Virus record (IMG/VR): IMGVR_UViG_3300045988_148442
Span: 1 to 59,156 of that record
Strand: one strand, 5' to 3'
From: a virus
DNA: 59,156 nucleotides
Shown: positions 15,441-24,724 of the stretch, one piece after another
Numbering within the stretch: the first letter of the stretch is position 1
Layout: each line of letters opens with the position of its first letter
Translations under genes and position numbers: made by a program
The notes under the pieces: generated by a model
Told to the model about the DNA's origin: nothing
Seen by the model: the letters and a program-made list of their open reading frames with translations, nothing else
Databases searched by the model: none

Positions 15441-15902
15441 TTAGAATGGAAGGCTATCATCTAACGGCATATCCTTAAATTCCTGTTGATATGCAGGTGT
15501 ATTATTATAATTCTGCTGTGTAAATCCTTGCTGTGCAGGTGGTGTATTAACATAAGGTTGATTATTTTCTACTTGTGTTTCTCTTTTTTCACCTGTAAAT
15601 GATACATTGTCAGCAACAACCTCAATTACTGTACGGTTATTTTCGTTCTTGTCTTGATATGTACGGCTTTGTAGTTGTCCCTCTAATGCAATCAATGAGC
15701 CTTTTTCAAAGTAACGGCATACAAATTCCGCTGTATTCCTCCAACAAACGATATTTATAAAATCTGCTTTGCGTTCTTCGCCTTGCTTTACATAACTACG
15801 GTCAACAGCAATACTAAAACTTGTTACACTAACTCCACTCGGAGTAGTTTTCAGTTCGGGGTTAGCTGTCAATCTTCCCATTAAAACAACTCTATTAATC
15901 AT
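15441..15902 (-). CDS. ssb: Single-stranded DNA-binding protein
   Basis: The OB-fold N-terminus reads MINRVVLMGRLTANPELKTTPSG. The tail is Gln/Pro-rich and ends in the acidic tip DDSLPF. Confidence 0.95.
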   Translation of the reverse strand: MINRVVLMGRLTANPELKTTPSGVSVTSFSIAVDRSYVKQGEERKADFINIVCWRNTAEFVCRYFEKGSLIALEGQLQSRTYQDKNENNRTVIEVVADNVSFTGEKRETQVENNQPYVNTPPAQQGFTQQNYNNTPAYQQEFKDMPLDDSLPF

Positions 15903-16087
15903 TTTTCTTCTCTCCTTATTGAATTGATAAAATCATATATTTCTTTATCTTTGTTGTACTGCTCTTTTGACTTGTAAAATTTACATTTGCCTTTGTTTTT
16001 ACAATCCATTGTGTTCAATGCTTTGCAACCATTATCATTCATTTTTATTTCGGGATATGCAAAACAATTTTCGTACCATTCTGCCAT
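15899..16087 (-). CDS. Cys-rich mini-protein
   Basis: 62 aa with 4-nt overlap with ssb. Confidence 0.55.
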   Translation of the reverse strand: MAEWYENCFAYPEIKMNDNGCKALNTMDCKNKGKCKFYKSKEQYNKDKEIYDFINSIRREEK

Positions 16088-16100
16088 TTTTAATTACCTC

Positions 16101-16385
16101 TCAATCTAAATAATTTCTTCCAATTAACTTTAAAAACTCTAATCGGCTATGTGTTTCTTCAAATTTTCGCTGACATTCACGCTTTAACATTAAATCAAGT
16201 TCACGGTTAAAATGTACTCCGTTTGGAGGTTCATTGTGGCAATAGTGACAAAGATAAACTGTAAAACCGTTTTTCTCACTTTTTTTCCGATTTGAAGCTC
16301 CAAAAATATGATGTTTTTCTATAAATCTATGGCTATTGCATATATAACATCTTGATTTTTCAGTATCTAATATTGATTTTGCCAT
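16101..16385 (-). CDS. HNH-motif / zinc-finger nuclease-like protein
   Basis: CYICNS...EKHHIFG...LCHYCHNEPPNGVH. Confidence 0.45.
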   Translation of the reverse strand: MAKSILDTEKSRCYICNSHRFIEKHHIFGASNRKKSEKNGFTVYLCHYCHNEPPNGVHFNRELDLMLKRECQRKFEETHSRLEFLKLIGRNYLD

Positions 16386-16934
16386 TTATACCTCCTGTTT
16401 CCATAGCGACAACAGATTAGCAATTTCATCAGGTGTCTTTGTTTGTATTCCCAACGCTTCGCAATCTTGCACTATATTGTTTATTAATCGGCTCATTTGC
16501 TGTGTGTTATAGGTGCTACTTCCATAGTAAAGATTGACAAGTATAAATCCCTCGTGTTCTCCATAGTCGAGTTTTTCAGCTACCCAACCTATTCCGTGTA
16601 AAGACCACGAATGTATAAGCGTATCAACTGCCTTTTCGTCAATCTCTACTTGTCTGCAAACACCTATATCTTTTATGTACTGTCTATAAACATCTTCTTT
16701 TGATATACCTTGATTTTCGGCTATATCGGTAATTAACTTCCACGCATAATTATTAGCGTTCAGACTTCGTTTTTTGCGGTATTTCGTGAGTTTAATAGAT
16801 AACTTGTCGCTATTCTTTAACTCGTCATATCCTGCAAGTAAAGCCTGTTTATCGTTAATTTCAAGCGTTAATTTTGGCTTGCCTGTTTTAAAGTCAAGGT
16901 TTACATCAGTTATCTTGCCTGTAATTTCAATCAT
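16386..16934 (-). CDS. NinB/Orf-like recombination mediator candidate
   Basis: KRSLNANNYAWKLITDIA resembles the RSLDQNRKLW motif of lambda NinB. I trimmed the start to ATG 16934. Confidence 0.35.
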   Translation of the reverse strand: MIEITGKITDVNLDFKTGKPKLTLEINDKQALLAGYDELKNSDKLSIKLTKYRKKRSLNANNYAWKLITDIAENQGISKEDVYRQYIKDIGVCRQVEIDEKAVDTLIHSWSLHGIGWVAEKLDYGEHEGFILVNLYYGSSTYNTQQMSRLINNIVQDCEALGIQTKTPDEIANLLSLWKQEV

Positions 16935-17214
16935 TCTCACCGTCCTTGAACAATTCGCTTTCTTCAAGCTGTTTTAATAAATCTTTATGTATCAATTCAC
17001 GATTAAGATACAACTGTTCAGGTGTTACAGATACATATTCGTCAAGGTCGGGTGATTTGACAAATTCATAGTCTCCGCCTAATGTTCCACACATACATTG
17101 AAGATTTATAAATTCAACTTTGCCGTCAATCAGTTCTAAACTATCGTGTTGGTCTGTTCCTACTTGATGAATATTGCCGTTGATTTTATTTCGTACCCAT
17201 AAATTAATTATCAT
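16927..17214 (-). CDS. Hypothetical protein
   Basis: 95-aa ORF in operon orientation. Confidence 0.55.
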   Translation of the reverse strand: MIINLWVRNKINGNIHQVGTDQHDSLELIDGKVEFINLQCMCGTLGGDYEFVKSPDLDEYVSVTPEQLYLNRELIHKDLLKQLEESELFKDGEND

Positions 17215-17233
17215 TTAACACTCACCTTCTATA

Positions 17234-17596
17234 TCAATCATCAAATCCATTTTTTATTGCTTCTTGAACTTTTTCTATTGTTTCAACTGCTTCATCATCT
17301 TCGGGGAAAATATCAGTAATCATATCAAGACGGTCTATCGCCTCCTGCTTCGTCATTGTTTTCACCTCTTTTCTTAAATTTCTACCGCATATCGGGCAAT
17401 AATTTATAGGGTGAGAATGTACTAACAAATCATCATTATTACAATTTTCAAAGACAATAGATGTTACTTCATCATCTATATCTCTCCCTACATAAATATC
17501 TACTGTTCCGTGACTTTCGGGAGTAGCATAAGCAATTCCAATTAAATTTTTAACTTCATTTTTGTCTGATTTACAATATTCACATTCCTGTATCAT
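17234..17596 (-). CDS. Cys-rich hypothetical protein
   Basis: 120 aa with CEYC...YCPICG. Confidence 0.55.
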   Translation of the reverse strand: MIQECEYCKSDKNEVKNLIGIAYATPESHGTVDIYVGRDIDDEVTSIVFENCNNDDLLVHSHPINYCPICGRNLRKEVKTMTKQEAIDRLDMITDIFPEDDEAVETIEKVQEAIKNGFDD

Positions 17597-17630
17597 ATTT
17601 AATAACCTCCTTTAAATATGTTTCAAAGTG

Positions 17631-18545
17631 TCACATTTTAGGTAGAGTAATTTTGACATATCCTGCTCTGCTCTTTGACTTCTTCTCAACCTCTTTTAAA
17701 TACTTTTTATACATATCAGGGTTATCAATTGCAAAAGTATCTTTGTCAAATTCCCATACCTTTTTAGTTGTAGGTTCTGCTCCGTCAACTCTTGTAATTT
17801 TTGTACCGTTGTATGTTTCCCAAGATTTTATGTCATACTTCTGCATTGCTTCGTATAGCTCTTGCTTCATAGCCTTATATTCTTTTTCAATCGCATTAAA
17901 CTCTTGCATACGGTTTTCAAGTGCAGACACCTTGTTAGATATTGTTACAATCTCATTCGGTAAAAAGTCTTGTTCCGTCAACAATGGGTTTTCTTTTAAC
18001 CTTGATAAATCCGTTCTAAAACGGTCAATTTCAAAGTTTATTTGTTCGGTAAGGTCTTTATATTCCTTTGCTTCAATCTCGTAAATATGAAGCCGTAAGT
18101 AGTCAAAATCGGTGTTAAAATCTTCGGGGCGTTCATAAACTGCCAATATACCTTTATCAACATTGTTTTTCTCCATATACAAAAGCAACTGCACAAGATA
18201 TACTTTGTATTCGTCAACCGTTTCAAAGATATGTGAGGTTGTTTTTATTTCCAAAATGCAACTGCCGTTAAAGCCGTCTGAATGACATCTAATATCATTG
18301 TCATATACTCTGTTTGGCTCAAATTGTGCATTTTCAGGCATTAAGCTGTTTATGTAATCTCTTATTTTCGGCTCTAATTCTTGACCGTAAACGGTGTATT
18401 TGTTGCCGTTAAAATCATTCTCTTTAAGTCCTGCCTTTTCAAGCAACAAGTCCCACCTTGTTTTAAATGTGCTGATACCCATTATTACTGGAACATCAGA
18501 GCCGCCTATATAATAGTTTCTGTCAACTGTTACATCATATTCCAT
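17631..18545 (-). CDS. YqaJ / lambda-Exo-like recombination exonuclease
   Basis: YIGGSDVPVIMGISTFKTRWDLLLEKAG and LEIKTT. It is adjacent to the annealase gene. ATG 18545 sits behind AAGGAGTG. Confidence 0.8.
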   Translation of the reverse strand: MEYDVTVDRNYYIGGSDVPVIMGISTFKTRWDLLLEKAGLKENDFNGNKYTVYGQELEPKIRDYINSLMPENAQFEPNRVYDNDIRCHSDGFNGSCILEIKTTSHIFETVDEYKVYLVQLLLYMEKNNVDKGILAVYERPEDFNTDFDYLRLHIYEIEAKEYKDLTEQINFEIDRFRTDLSRLKENPLLTEQDFLPNEIVTISNKVSALENRMQEFNAIEKEYKAMKQELYEAMQKYDIKSWETYNGTKITRVDGAEPTTKKVWEFDKDTFAIDNPDMYKKYLKEVEKKSKSRAGYVKITLPKM

Positions 18546-18550
18546 TTTAA

Positions 18551-18760
18551 TCACTCCTTAAAAACTGAATTATATTCATTTATCATATTTATGTTTTTGT
18601 CTGTATATTGCGTTAAGACATCATTTATCAGGTCATTTACGCTCGTTCTTTTCATTGCTGCAATTTTTTTTAAATCGTTTAGTAATGATGGATATAACAA
18701 TAAATTAAGCCTTTTACTCTTTATTTCATTCACTTTATAAATATAATATTTTTCTCTCAT
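18551..18760 (-). CDS. Ribbon-helix-helix (Arc/CopG-like) protein
   Basis: I trimmed to ATG 18760. KRLNLLLYPSLLNDLKKIAAMKRTSVNDLINDVL fits a beta-strand plus two-helix pattern. Confidence 0.5.
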   Translation of the reverse strand: MREKYYIYKVNEIKSKRLNLLLYPSLLNDLKKIAAMKRTSVNDLINDVLTQYTDKNINMINEYNSVFKE

Positions 18761-18761
18761 A

Positions 18762-19379
18762 TTAACCCTCCAATTCTGCAAGCAACTTGTTAAACTCTTC
18801 TGTTGTTGTCTTATTTGATAAACCTTTTTCCTTTGCATAAGCATTTACATCAATATGCTTTTCGTGGAGCTTATCAATTAGTTTTTCTCTCGGTGTTTTT
18901 GGTATTGATACAGACTGTCTATTTTCTTTAGGTGCAGGCTGTTTTGCTTTAGGTGCAGGCTGTTTTGCTTTAGGTGCAGGCTGTGTTTCAGATTTATTTT
19001 GATTTTCAACTGCATTTGCAACTTCTTCATAACTTGCTATGCTTGTATCAATACCTAAACCACACATTCCCAACGCTCTACCTACTGCTGATGTTTCGCA
19101 ATTTTCTATGTATGAGGTTTTGTTGATAAAGGTGCTGTTCTCTTTTTCGTATGCCGTTCCTGTTCCTAAAAGTGTTTCATTGTCTGCGTATATTTCAGCT
19201 CTGAATATGCAAATACCGTTTTCATTACTAATCATATTAGTAACTATTTTTCCAGTCGGGAACAACATTCTAAAAGCCTTTATTCTTTGATTTACTTCCG
19301 CATAATCTTTGCCTTTTATGGGTGTAGTTTTAAGCGTGGCATTTGCATTTTCTATATCTTTGTATGTAATTTCATTCAT
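18762..19379 (-). CDS. Single-strand annealing protein (ERF/Rad52-like superfamily)
   Basis: ...YIENCETSAVGRALGMCGLGI is an annealase-type motif. It is paired with a YqaJ exonuclease and has a Pro/Lys-rich linker. Confidence 0.55.
   Translation of the reverse strand: MNEITYKDIENANATLKTTPIKGKDYAEVNQRIKAFRMLFPTGKIVTNMISNENGICIFRAEIYADNETLLGTGTAYEKENSTFINKTSYIENCETSAVGRALGMCGLGIDTSIASYEEVANAVENQNKSETQPAPKAKQPAPKAKQPAPKENRQSVSIPKTPREKLIDKLHEKHIDVNAYAKEKGLSNKTTTEEFNKLLAELEG
18930..18985. repeat. 21-bp tandem repeat, about 2.7 copies, encoding QPAPKAK x3 in the annealase linker
   Basis: aggtgcaggctgttttgcttt is repeated head to tail. Confidence 0.8.
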
Positions 19380-19383
19380 TGTT

Positions 19384-19587
19384 TTACTCCTTTACATCTA
19401 AAATAATTCTTAAATACTTTTCTGTATCTGATGATATGTAGCCTTTTCCTATATCGCTTTCAAGCAATTTCTTTGCAATCAGCAAAAGTTCCTCGGCTTT
19501 TACTAATTTTTCGTATCTTTCAAGCGGTATAGTTACCTTTTCTTTTGGCATTGTGTCTATTGATTTTTCAAATTCTTTTGATGTCAT
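19384..19587 (-). CDS. Hypothetical protein
   Basis: 67-aa ORF in operon orientation. Confidence 0.55.
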   Translation of the reverse strand: MTSKEFEKSIDTMPKEKVTIPLERYEKLVKAEELLLIAKKLLESDIGKGYISSDTEKYLRIILDVKE

Positions 19588-19705
19588 AATTTAACCCTCT
19601 TTCTTTAATTTTGTTTGTAAAGTATTCTACTAACCTTGCATTGTTTAAGTTGTTTGTTTCAATTAAATTAACTACAACTTTTCTTTTCATTTCCTTTGCC
19701 CTTTC

Positions 19706-19903
19706 TTAACATTTTTGCAGTTTCCACATATCTGCGTCACTCACTCCAAACTCACGCTGTACGGCTTCCCAAAAAGGCTTTTTGCCGTCACGCTCACCGT
19801 TTTCAATAAGCGTGTATGTAATTCGGCTCACACCTGTTTTTTCTGCCATTTCGCCTTTCGTCAGTTTATGTCTGCAACGCAACATATATAGTTCATCTCG
19901 CAT
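19706..19903 (-). CDS. Cro-like XRE-family HTH regulator
   Basis: LTKGEMAEKTGVSRITYTLIENG. It belongs to the early leftward operon, divergent from the cI-like gene. ATG 19903 sits behind GAAGGTGA. Confidence 0.65.
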   Translation of the reverse strand: MRDELYMLRCRHKLTKGEMAEKTGVSRITYTLIENGERDGKKPFWEAVQREFGVSDADMWKLQKC

Positions 19904-19969
19904 TGTTTCACCTTCTTTCAAAATGTTTCAAAGTGACACATTAAGGGTGGTTTTATCCCTCTGTGTATA

Positions 19970-20125
19970 TCATAGATTATTATAATATTCTTCTTCGCTG
20001 TCATATTCTTCAATAGTAAAATCATAACCGCCGTTATGACTTTCAGCATAATTTAAAGCGTCTGAATAACTATTGAAATTGCCGTTTCTCATTTCTCCGT
20101 TTTCATAACTGATAATATAGAACAT
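19970..20125 (-). CDS. 51-aa acidic hypothetical protein
   Basis: I trimmed the track ORF to ATG 20125. The 5' extension in the track contains promoter copy D, and AAGAAAGAGGT lies upstream of the ATG. Confidence 0.5.
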   Translation of the reverse strand: MFYIISYENGEMRNGNFNSYSDALNYAESHNGGYDFTIEEYDSEEEYYNNL

Positions 20126-20170
20126 ATAAATACCTCTTTCTTGACTTTCGTCTTTCTTTATTGTGTCTTT

Positions 20171-20199
20171 ATTATAATACATTTATATAACAATTTCTA
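20171..20199 (-). promoter_or_regulatory. Promoter cassette copy D (degenerate -35)
   Basis: Minus strand TAGAAA-17-TATAAT with the same spacer pattern (ttgttatataaatgtat) and the same leader AAAGAAAGAGGTATTTAT. Confidence 0.45.
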
Positions 20200-20291
20200 T
20201 TCGCAATTTTCACAAACTTACAACAACTTTTTTATACATTTTGCATACGTATGATAACAAAATGTATCATTATAATTAAAAAAATAATTTG

Positions 20292-20486
20292 CTAAATTAT
20301 ATCTAAATAGTCTGATAGATGTTGTTCCCATTCTTCAAGTGTAATCAAGCCAAATTCTAATGCAAAATCTGCAACACTAATAGCACGCAAAGCAAATGCC
20401 TTTCTGTCTTGTCCGTTTAATTCTCTTGCAATATCAAAACTTTCATTAATTCTGTCTTGAACAGTTAAGCCACGATTATTCCTCAT
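20292..20486 (-). CDS. Hypothetical protein, first leftward gene next to the immunity region
   Basis: 64-67 aa ORF. The start is either ATG 20486 or the alternative start at 20495. Confidence 0.5.
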   Translation of the reverse strand: MRNNRGLTVQDRINESFDIARELNGQDRKAFALRAISVADFALEFGLITLEEWEQHLSDYLDII

Positions 20487-20640
20487 TACAAGCACCTACT
20501 TTTCTATTCATTACAACTTTTCACAAAAATTATATTAAAAAAATTATTCCAACGCAATACAAAAATGCAACGAAAAGAAACATTTTGTTTTTATAAGTGT
20601 TAAAAGTGTGTTACTCTATTAGCAGGAGGTGATATATTCA

Positions 20641-20958
20641 ATGTCTGACATCGGCAACAAATTAAAAACTTTGAGAAAGGGGAGAGGACTAACACAATTA
20701 CAATTAAGTGAAAAATTAGGTATAAGCCGTTGCACAATATCTAATTATGAATGTAGCCGTAGAAGTCCGCATTTATCGGATTTGAGCCGATTTGCAGAGT
20801 TTTACGGTGTATCTTTGTCCTACTTTGGTATTGATACTAAAGATGAACGGTTTGAATTATTAAGTCGTGCTAAAAGCGTATTTTGCAACAATGATATTTC
20901 AAAAGAAGAAAAAGAGGAAATTTATAAATCAATAATGAAGATTTATTTACAACTGTGA
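20641..20958 (+). CDS. cI-like XRE-family repressor
   Basis: LRKGRGLTQLQLSEKLGISRCTISNYE. AGGAGGTGA lies upstream of ATG 20641. It is followed by the integrase. Confidence 0.8.
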   Translation: MSDIGNKLKTLRKGRGLTQLQLSEKLGISRCTISNYECSRRSPHLSDLSRFAEFYGVSLSYFGIDTKDERFELLSRAKSVFCNNDISKEEKEEIYKSIMKIYLQL

Positions 20959-20969
20959 GGAGTGAAAAA

Positions 20970-22520
20970 ATGCATATAAGAGTAGGACTATATGCAAGAT
21001 ATTCAGATACAAAGCAAGATGACGGATATTCTATCGAATATCAAATGTCCGAATGTCAAGAATATTTAAACAAACAAGGTTTATCATTGACTAAAACTTA
21101 TATAGACCAAGCAATAACAGGAACAAAGGTTGCAGGGCGTGAAGCGTTCCACGAGTTAATAAATGATGTCAAAAATGAATTGATAGATGTTGTTGTAGTA
21201 TATAAGTTCAGCCGTATATTCCGTAACGCTTATGAAAGCCACAAGTACCGTAAAATGTTTAAAAAGCATAATGTAAAGCTAATATCTGTCACTCAATTAG
21301 TAGATGATGAAACATCATCAGGGCAACTTATGATAGGTGTTATGGCAAACATTGACGAATACCAAAGTGCAGTTATCAGCGACCACGTTAAAAGTGCTAT
21401 GCGTGAAATGGTGTCAGAGGGTTTCTTTGCAGGCGGTACAGTTCCATACGGTTATAAATTAGAGGTTGTTCAATACGGTAAAAAGGTAAGAAAAAGATAT
21501 GTACCTGATGAATATGAAAAAGAGGTTGTAAAAAAACTATTTGAATTGTATGCAGATAACTATTCTTTGAAGTATCTGCAAGACTATACAAAGAGCATTG
21601 GTGCGGCTACAAGACAAGGTAAATCGTTTGGAACAACATCAATTGCAAGAATGTTAAGAAATGATTTTTATATCGGAGTATTGCGATATAACGCACAAGG
21701 TCACGAGCCTATTGTTGTATATGACATTATTCCACCTATAATTGATAAAGTTTTGTGGGATAGAGTGCAGAAACGGCATAAAAGCCAAAATTATGTTAGA
21801 CCTCGAAAGAGAAAAGATTTATATTCTTTAACAGGGAAAATAATTTGCGGTAAATGTAAAAAACACTTCTTCGGAATAAGAAGTGCAAGCGTTCAACGTG
21901 GTAAAAAATATGATTATAAATATTATGTATGTAGCACAAGTAAAACATATGCTGAATGTTCCTGCAAGAGAATAAGAAAGGATTTTTTGGAAGAAACTGT
22001 TTTAAATGAGATTAAAAATCACATATTAAACGAAAAGGCTATTTATCAAATCGCTAATGAGATTATATCAAAATTAGGTGAAAATCCTGATAGTCAAAAA
22101 TCAAAACTCAAACAGTTAAAGAAAGAATTATCAACCATAAAATCTCAAATATCCGAGTTGTTAGAATTACGGTCATTAAGATTAGTCAATAATGCTTATG
22201 TTGCAGAGCATATGGCAAAATATGAAGAACGAGCAAAAGAGTTAGATGTGCAGATACTTTCAATTGAACAGCAGACTAAAACTGCTATATCTCACGCTAT
22301 GATAGTTGACTACCTCAATAAGATGTTGACTATTTCCGATACAACAGATGATGAGGTTTTACAAACTATTTTTAATAACTTTGTTGATAAAATCGTTATA
22401 GATAATGAGGAGATAAAGATTTACCTCTTTGTCTCCCCGACTGCTGATAAAATTGTTTATAAAGTGCCGCACGGACAGCCGAAATGGAGCTTATACAAAA
22501 ACATCAAACGCCAACAATAA
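20970..22520 (+). CDS. int: Large serine recombinase (integrase)
   Basis: The N-terminal resolvase domain reads VGLYARYSDTKQ. It is followed by a recombinase domain, a Cys cluster (CGKC...YYVCS...C.C) and a C-terminal coiled coil. Confidence 0.95.
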   Translation: MHIRVGLYARYSDTKQDDGYSIEYQMSECQEYLNKQGLSLTKTYIDQAITGTKVAGREAFHELINDVKNELIDVVVVYKFSRIFRNAYESHKYRKMFKKHNVKLISVTQLVDDETSSGQLMIGVMANIDEYQSAVISDHVKSAMREMVSEGFFAGGTVPYGYKLEVVQYGKKVRKRYVPDEYEKEVVKKLFELYADNYSLKYLQDYTKSIGAATRQGKSFGTTSIARMLRNDFYIGVLRYNAQGHEPIVVYDIIPPIIDKVLWDRVQKRHKSQNYVRPRKRKDLYSLTGKIICGKCKKHFFGIRSASVQRGKKYDYKYYVCSTSKTYAECSCKRIRKDFLEETVLNEIKNHILNEKAIYQIANEIISKLGENPDSQKSKLKQLKKELSTIKSQISELLELRSLRLVNNAYVAEHMAKYEERAKELDVQILSIEQQTKTAISHAMIVDYLNKMLTISDTTDDEVLQTIFNNFVDKIVIDNEEIKIYLFVSPTADKIVYKVPHGQPKWSLYKNIKRQQ

Positions 22521-22532
22521 GGAGTGAACAGT

Positions 22533-22817
22533 ATGCAAGCTGTAATATATGTACGGAATGACAAGGATATTCCAATTTACGAACAATTCAATGTATGTGC
22601 TGAATTTGCTAAACGGTATGGGTATTCTATTGAACACAAGGTATTAGATTTTGAGGGTAATATATTCTATGAAGCTATAAACAAAGTTATCGTTGAACAC
22701 TATATAACAGCATTGATTATTTATGACAAAGGCAATGCTTTTGATAGTGAAGATGATTATATTTTTTATCGAATATATTTAGAAAAGTTAGGTAAGAAAT
22801 TGATTTCTGCTATATAA
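22533..22817 (+). CDS. Degenerate resolvase-domain protein (catalytic Ser replaced)
   Basis: AVIYVRNDKD...QFNVCAEFAKRYGYSI...ALIIYD parallels the resolvase N-terminal fold, but the position of the Ser nucleophile reads N-D. Confidence 0.45.
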   Translation: MQAVIYVRNDKDIPIYEQFNVCAEFAKRYGYSIEHKVLDFEGNIFYEAINKVIVEHYITALIIYDKGNAFDSEDDYIFYRIYLEKLGKKLISAI

Positions 22818-22823
22818 AAAAGA

Positions 22824-22841
22824 GGGGCGATTATTCGCCCC
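22824..22841. terminator. Bidirectional intrinsic terminator between convergent units
   Basis: GGGGCGA-ttat-TCGCCCC, with an A-run on the left (U-run for the minus strand) and a weaker T-rich right flank. Confidence 0.65.
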
Positions 22842-22842
22842 C

Positions 22843-23019
22843 TTAATTATCTTTAATATTATTCACGCTCTTTTGTAAGTTATTAAGTGGTCTGCCGCAT
22901 TTTGGGCAGAACTCAAAAGTAATCTCTATTCTTTTTCCGTATTTTGTAATAACAGTTAATGGCTTTTTTGTATATGCTCTGCCCTTGCAATATTTGCAAC
23001 CTTGTTTTCTATCAATCAT
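22843..23019 (-). CDS. 58-aa zinc-ribbon mini-protein (MIDRKQGCKYCKG...FCPKCGRPL)
   Basis: Not in the ORF track. AAGGAG lies 7 nt upstream of ATG 23019. Confidence 0.5.
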   Translation of the reverse strand: MIDRKQGCKYCKGRAYTKKPLTVITKYGKRIEITFEFCPKCGRPLNNLQKSVNNIKDN

Positions 23020-23251
23020 TTATATGCTCCTTATTTAATATAAACTTAATTTCTTTCAATACATTATTAGCCGTTCCTAATATCATCATATCACCGACAA
23101 AATCGTGGCTTTCTGCAAAGTCAGCAATTTCTTTTATTTGTCTTTGGCAACTTTCAAGGCAACCCTTTAATGCATAGTTTTCAATTTCCGCTGTTATGCA
23201 CTCTTTTTGTAAATCTTCGTATGAAGTTTTTAGTTCAATTTGTTTACTCAC
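23012..23251 (-). CDS. Hypothetical protein
   Basis: 79-aa ORF in operon orientation. Confidence 0.55.
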   Translation of the reverse strand: MSKQIELKTSYEDLQKECITAEIENYALKGCLESCQRQIKEIADFAESHDFVGDMMILGTANNVLKEIKFILNKEHIND

Positions 23252-23514
23252 TAATATGTACCTCTTTCTATCAAAATTTTTGCCTTTTCAAAATAATCTT
23301 CGTTCAAGCAAATATTATTTTTATTTAATTCATCTCTTATTTCTTGAAAATTAAAAACTCCACCTTCAATCAAAAAAGCTAAAGTATGTTCAATGTGAGT
23401 TAGTTTCCCTTTTTCAAAAAGCACATCTGGAATTATAAGATAATCATTAACCCAAAATTGGTAGCGTTCTTCCATAACTTCTTGAAAATTAATTATTTTT
23501 GCCACTCTTATCAC
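23251..23514 (-). CDS. Hypothetical protein
   Basis: 87-aa ORF with a GTG start. Confidence 0.5.
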   Translation of the reverse strand: MIRVAKIINFQEVMEERYQFWVNDYLIIPDVLFEKGKLTHIEHTLAFLIEGGVFNFQEIRDELNKNNICLNEDYFEKAKILIERGTY

Positions 23515-23551
23515 CTAAATTCATCTTGCAAGCGTTTTCATTTTTGTTTCA

Positions 23552-23575
23552 TAAAAAAACCCACAAAAGTGGGTT
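23552..23575 (-). terminator. Intrinsic terminator
   Basis: The minus-strand RNA reads AACCCAC-uuuu-GUGGGUU followed by UUUUUUAU. It begins one nt after the stop codon at 23577. Confidence 0.7.
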
Positions 23576-23576
23576 A

Positions 23577-23828
23577 TTAACTTGCATATCTCGGTAAAAA
23601 ATAGTTTTCTATCTTTTTCGTTTTCCTATTTATATTTTGCTGTATTCCTAAAATATCGTGTTTAAAATCAAAATCATCAGCCTTTAATAAATCGTCCAAC
23701 TTCAAATTAAATTGTTCGTGTGCCGCTTGAATATCCATAATCAAGGACATTCTATCAAACATCAGTAAGCCTTTTTCGTCTGCTCTCTTTGCGATTTCTG
23801 CTATCTTTAGCATTTCTTCTTTTGTCAT
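23577..23828 (-). CDS. Hypothetical protein
   Basis: 83-aa ORF. Confidence 0.55.
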   Translation of the reverse strand: MTKEEMLKIAEIAKRADEKGLLMFDRMSLIMDIQAAHEQFNLKLDDLLKADDFDFKHDILGIQQNINRKTKKIENYFLPRYAS

Positions 23829-23840
23829 TGTTACGCTCCT

Positions 23841-24119
23841 TTATTTCACTTTATTGTATTTTTCTATCAATTCTTTGCTTTCAAGCAAATCATCAATTTT
23901 GCAATTAAGCACATTCGCTAAATCACACAAGGTATTAAGTTTTGCACTCTCAATAGGTCTGCTTTTGTTCTCATAACAAATAATTGTTGATTTTGGTACA
24001 CCTGACACATTAGACAACTCATTTTGCGATAAATGATTTTTAACTCTTAATCTGTGTAGCTTTGTTTTACCTCTCCAAATTTTTGCGGCTTTTTGCGGTG
24101 TCATACCTCTTACTCCCAT
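23841..24119 (-). CDS. XRE-family HTH protein
   Basis: LSQNELSNVSGVPKSTIICYENKSRP. Confidence 0.7.
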   Translation of the reverse strand: MGVRGMTPQKAAKIWRGKTKLHRLRVKNHLSQNELSNVSGVPKSTIICYENKSRPIESAKLNTLCDLANVLNCKIDDLLESKELIEKYNKVK

Positions 24120-24127
24120 TCAATCAC

Positions 24128-24385
24128 CTACTTTCTTAAATAAATCAATTTATACGAATAGTTGTAACTATATGTTCCTTTTGAACTTTCAACACTCAAA
24201 TTATCGCCGTATTTTTGAATTAATGCTTCTCTATATGCTTCTTGCTCGTTATTGTTTCGTGTATGACCTATGCTGTCAATGTAAACCGTAATAGTATCGC
24301 CTTGCTCTAACGCTTTACAAGCCTTGTTAAATGACACTTCATTGAAGTAGTTTTCACCGTTAATTAGTTTTGGCATTATGCTCAT
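24128..24385 (-). CDS. Hypothetical protein
   Basis: 85-aa ORF. Confidence 0.55.
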   Translation of the reverse strand: MSIMPKLINGENYFNEVSFNKACKALEQGDTITVYIDSIGHTRNNNEQEAYREALIQKYGDNLSVESSKGTYSYNYSYKLIYLRK

Positions 24386-24389
24386 TCCC

Positions 24390-24680
24390 TTAACTTAATT
24401 TATCCATAATCAATAACATCTGTGTATCTGATAGCCCTGTAAAGTCCTCTTTACCGTCAAATGCAACGAAAACAGCAGTACCGACAATAACATCATATCC
24501 CATTGAGAAATTCGGAGGTAAACCGTTTATTTTGCCTTCCTCGTTGCATATAAGCAAAATGTTTTCTTCCATTCTCACGACTTCAATATAACCGCCTACA
24601 AGTGATTTAAGTGTTTCTAAATCGTTCTTGATGTCCTCAACCCGTGGACTCTTGCCAACCTCTTTAATAATCGCTTTCAT
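24390..24680 (-). CDS. DUF3846-like protein
   Basis: MKAIIKEVGKSPRVEDIKNDLETLKSLVGGYIEVV...CNEEGKINGLPPN. I trimmed the start to ATG 24680. Confidence 0.45.
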   Translation of the reverse strand: MKAIIKEVGKSPRVEDIKNDLETLKSLVGGYIEVVRMEENILLICNEEGKINGLPPNFSMGYDVIVGTAVFVAFDGKEDFTGLSDTQMLLIMDKLS

Positions 24681-24724
24681 ATTATCACCCTTTCTCTGTA
24701 TATTATAATACATTTGCATTATAA

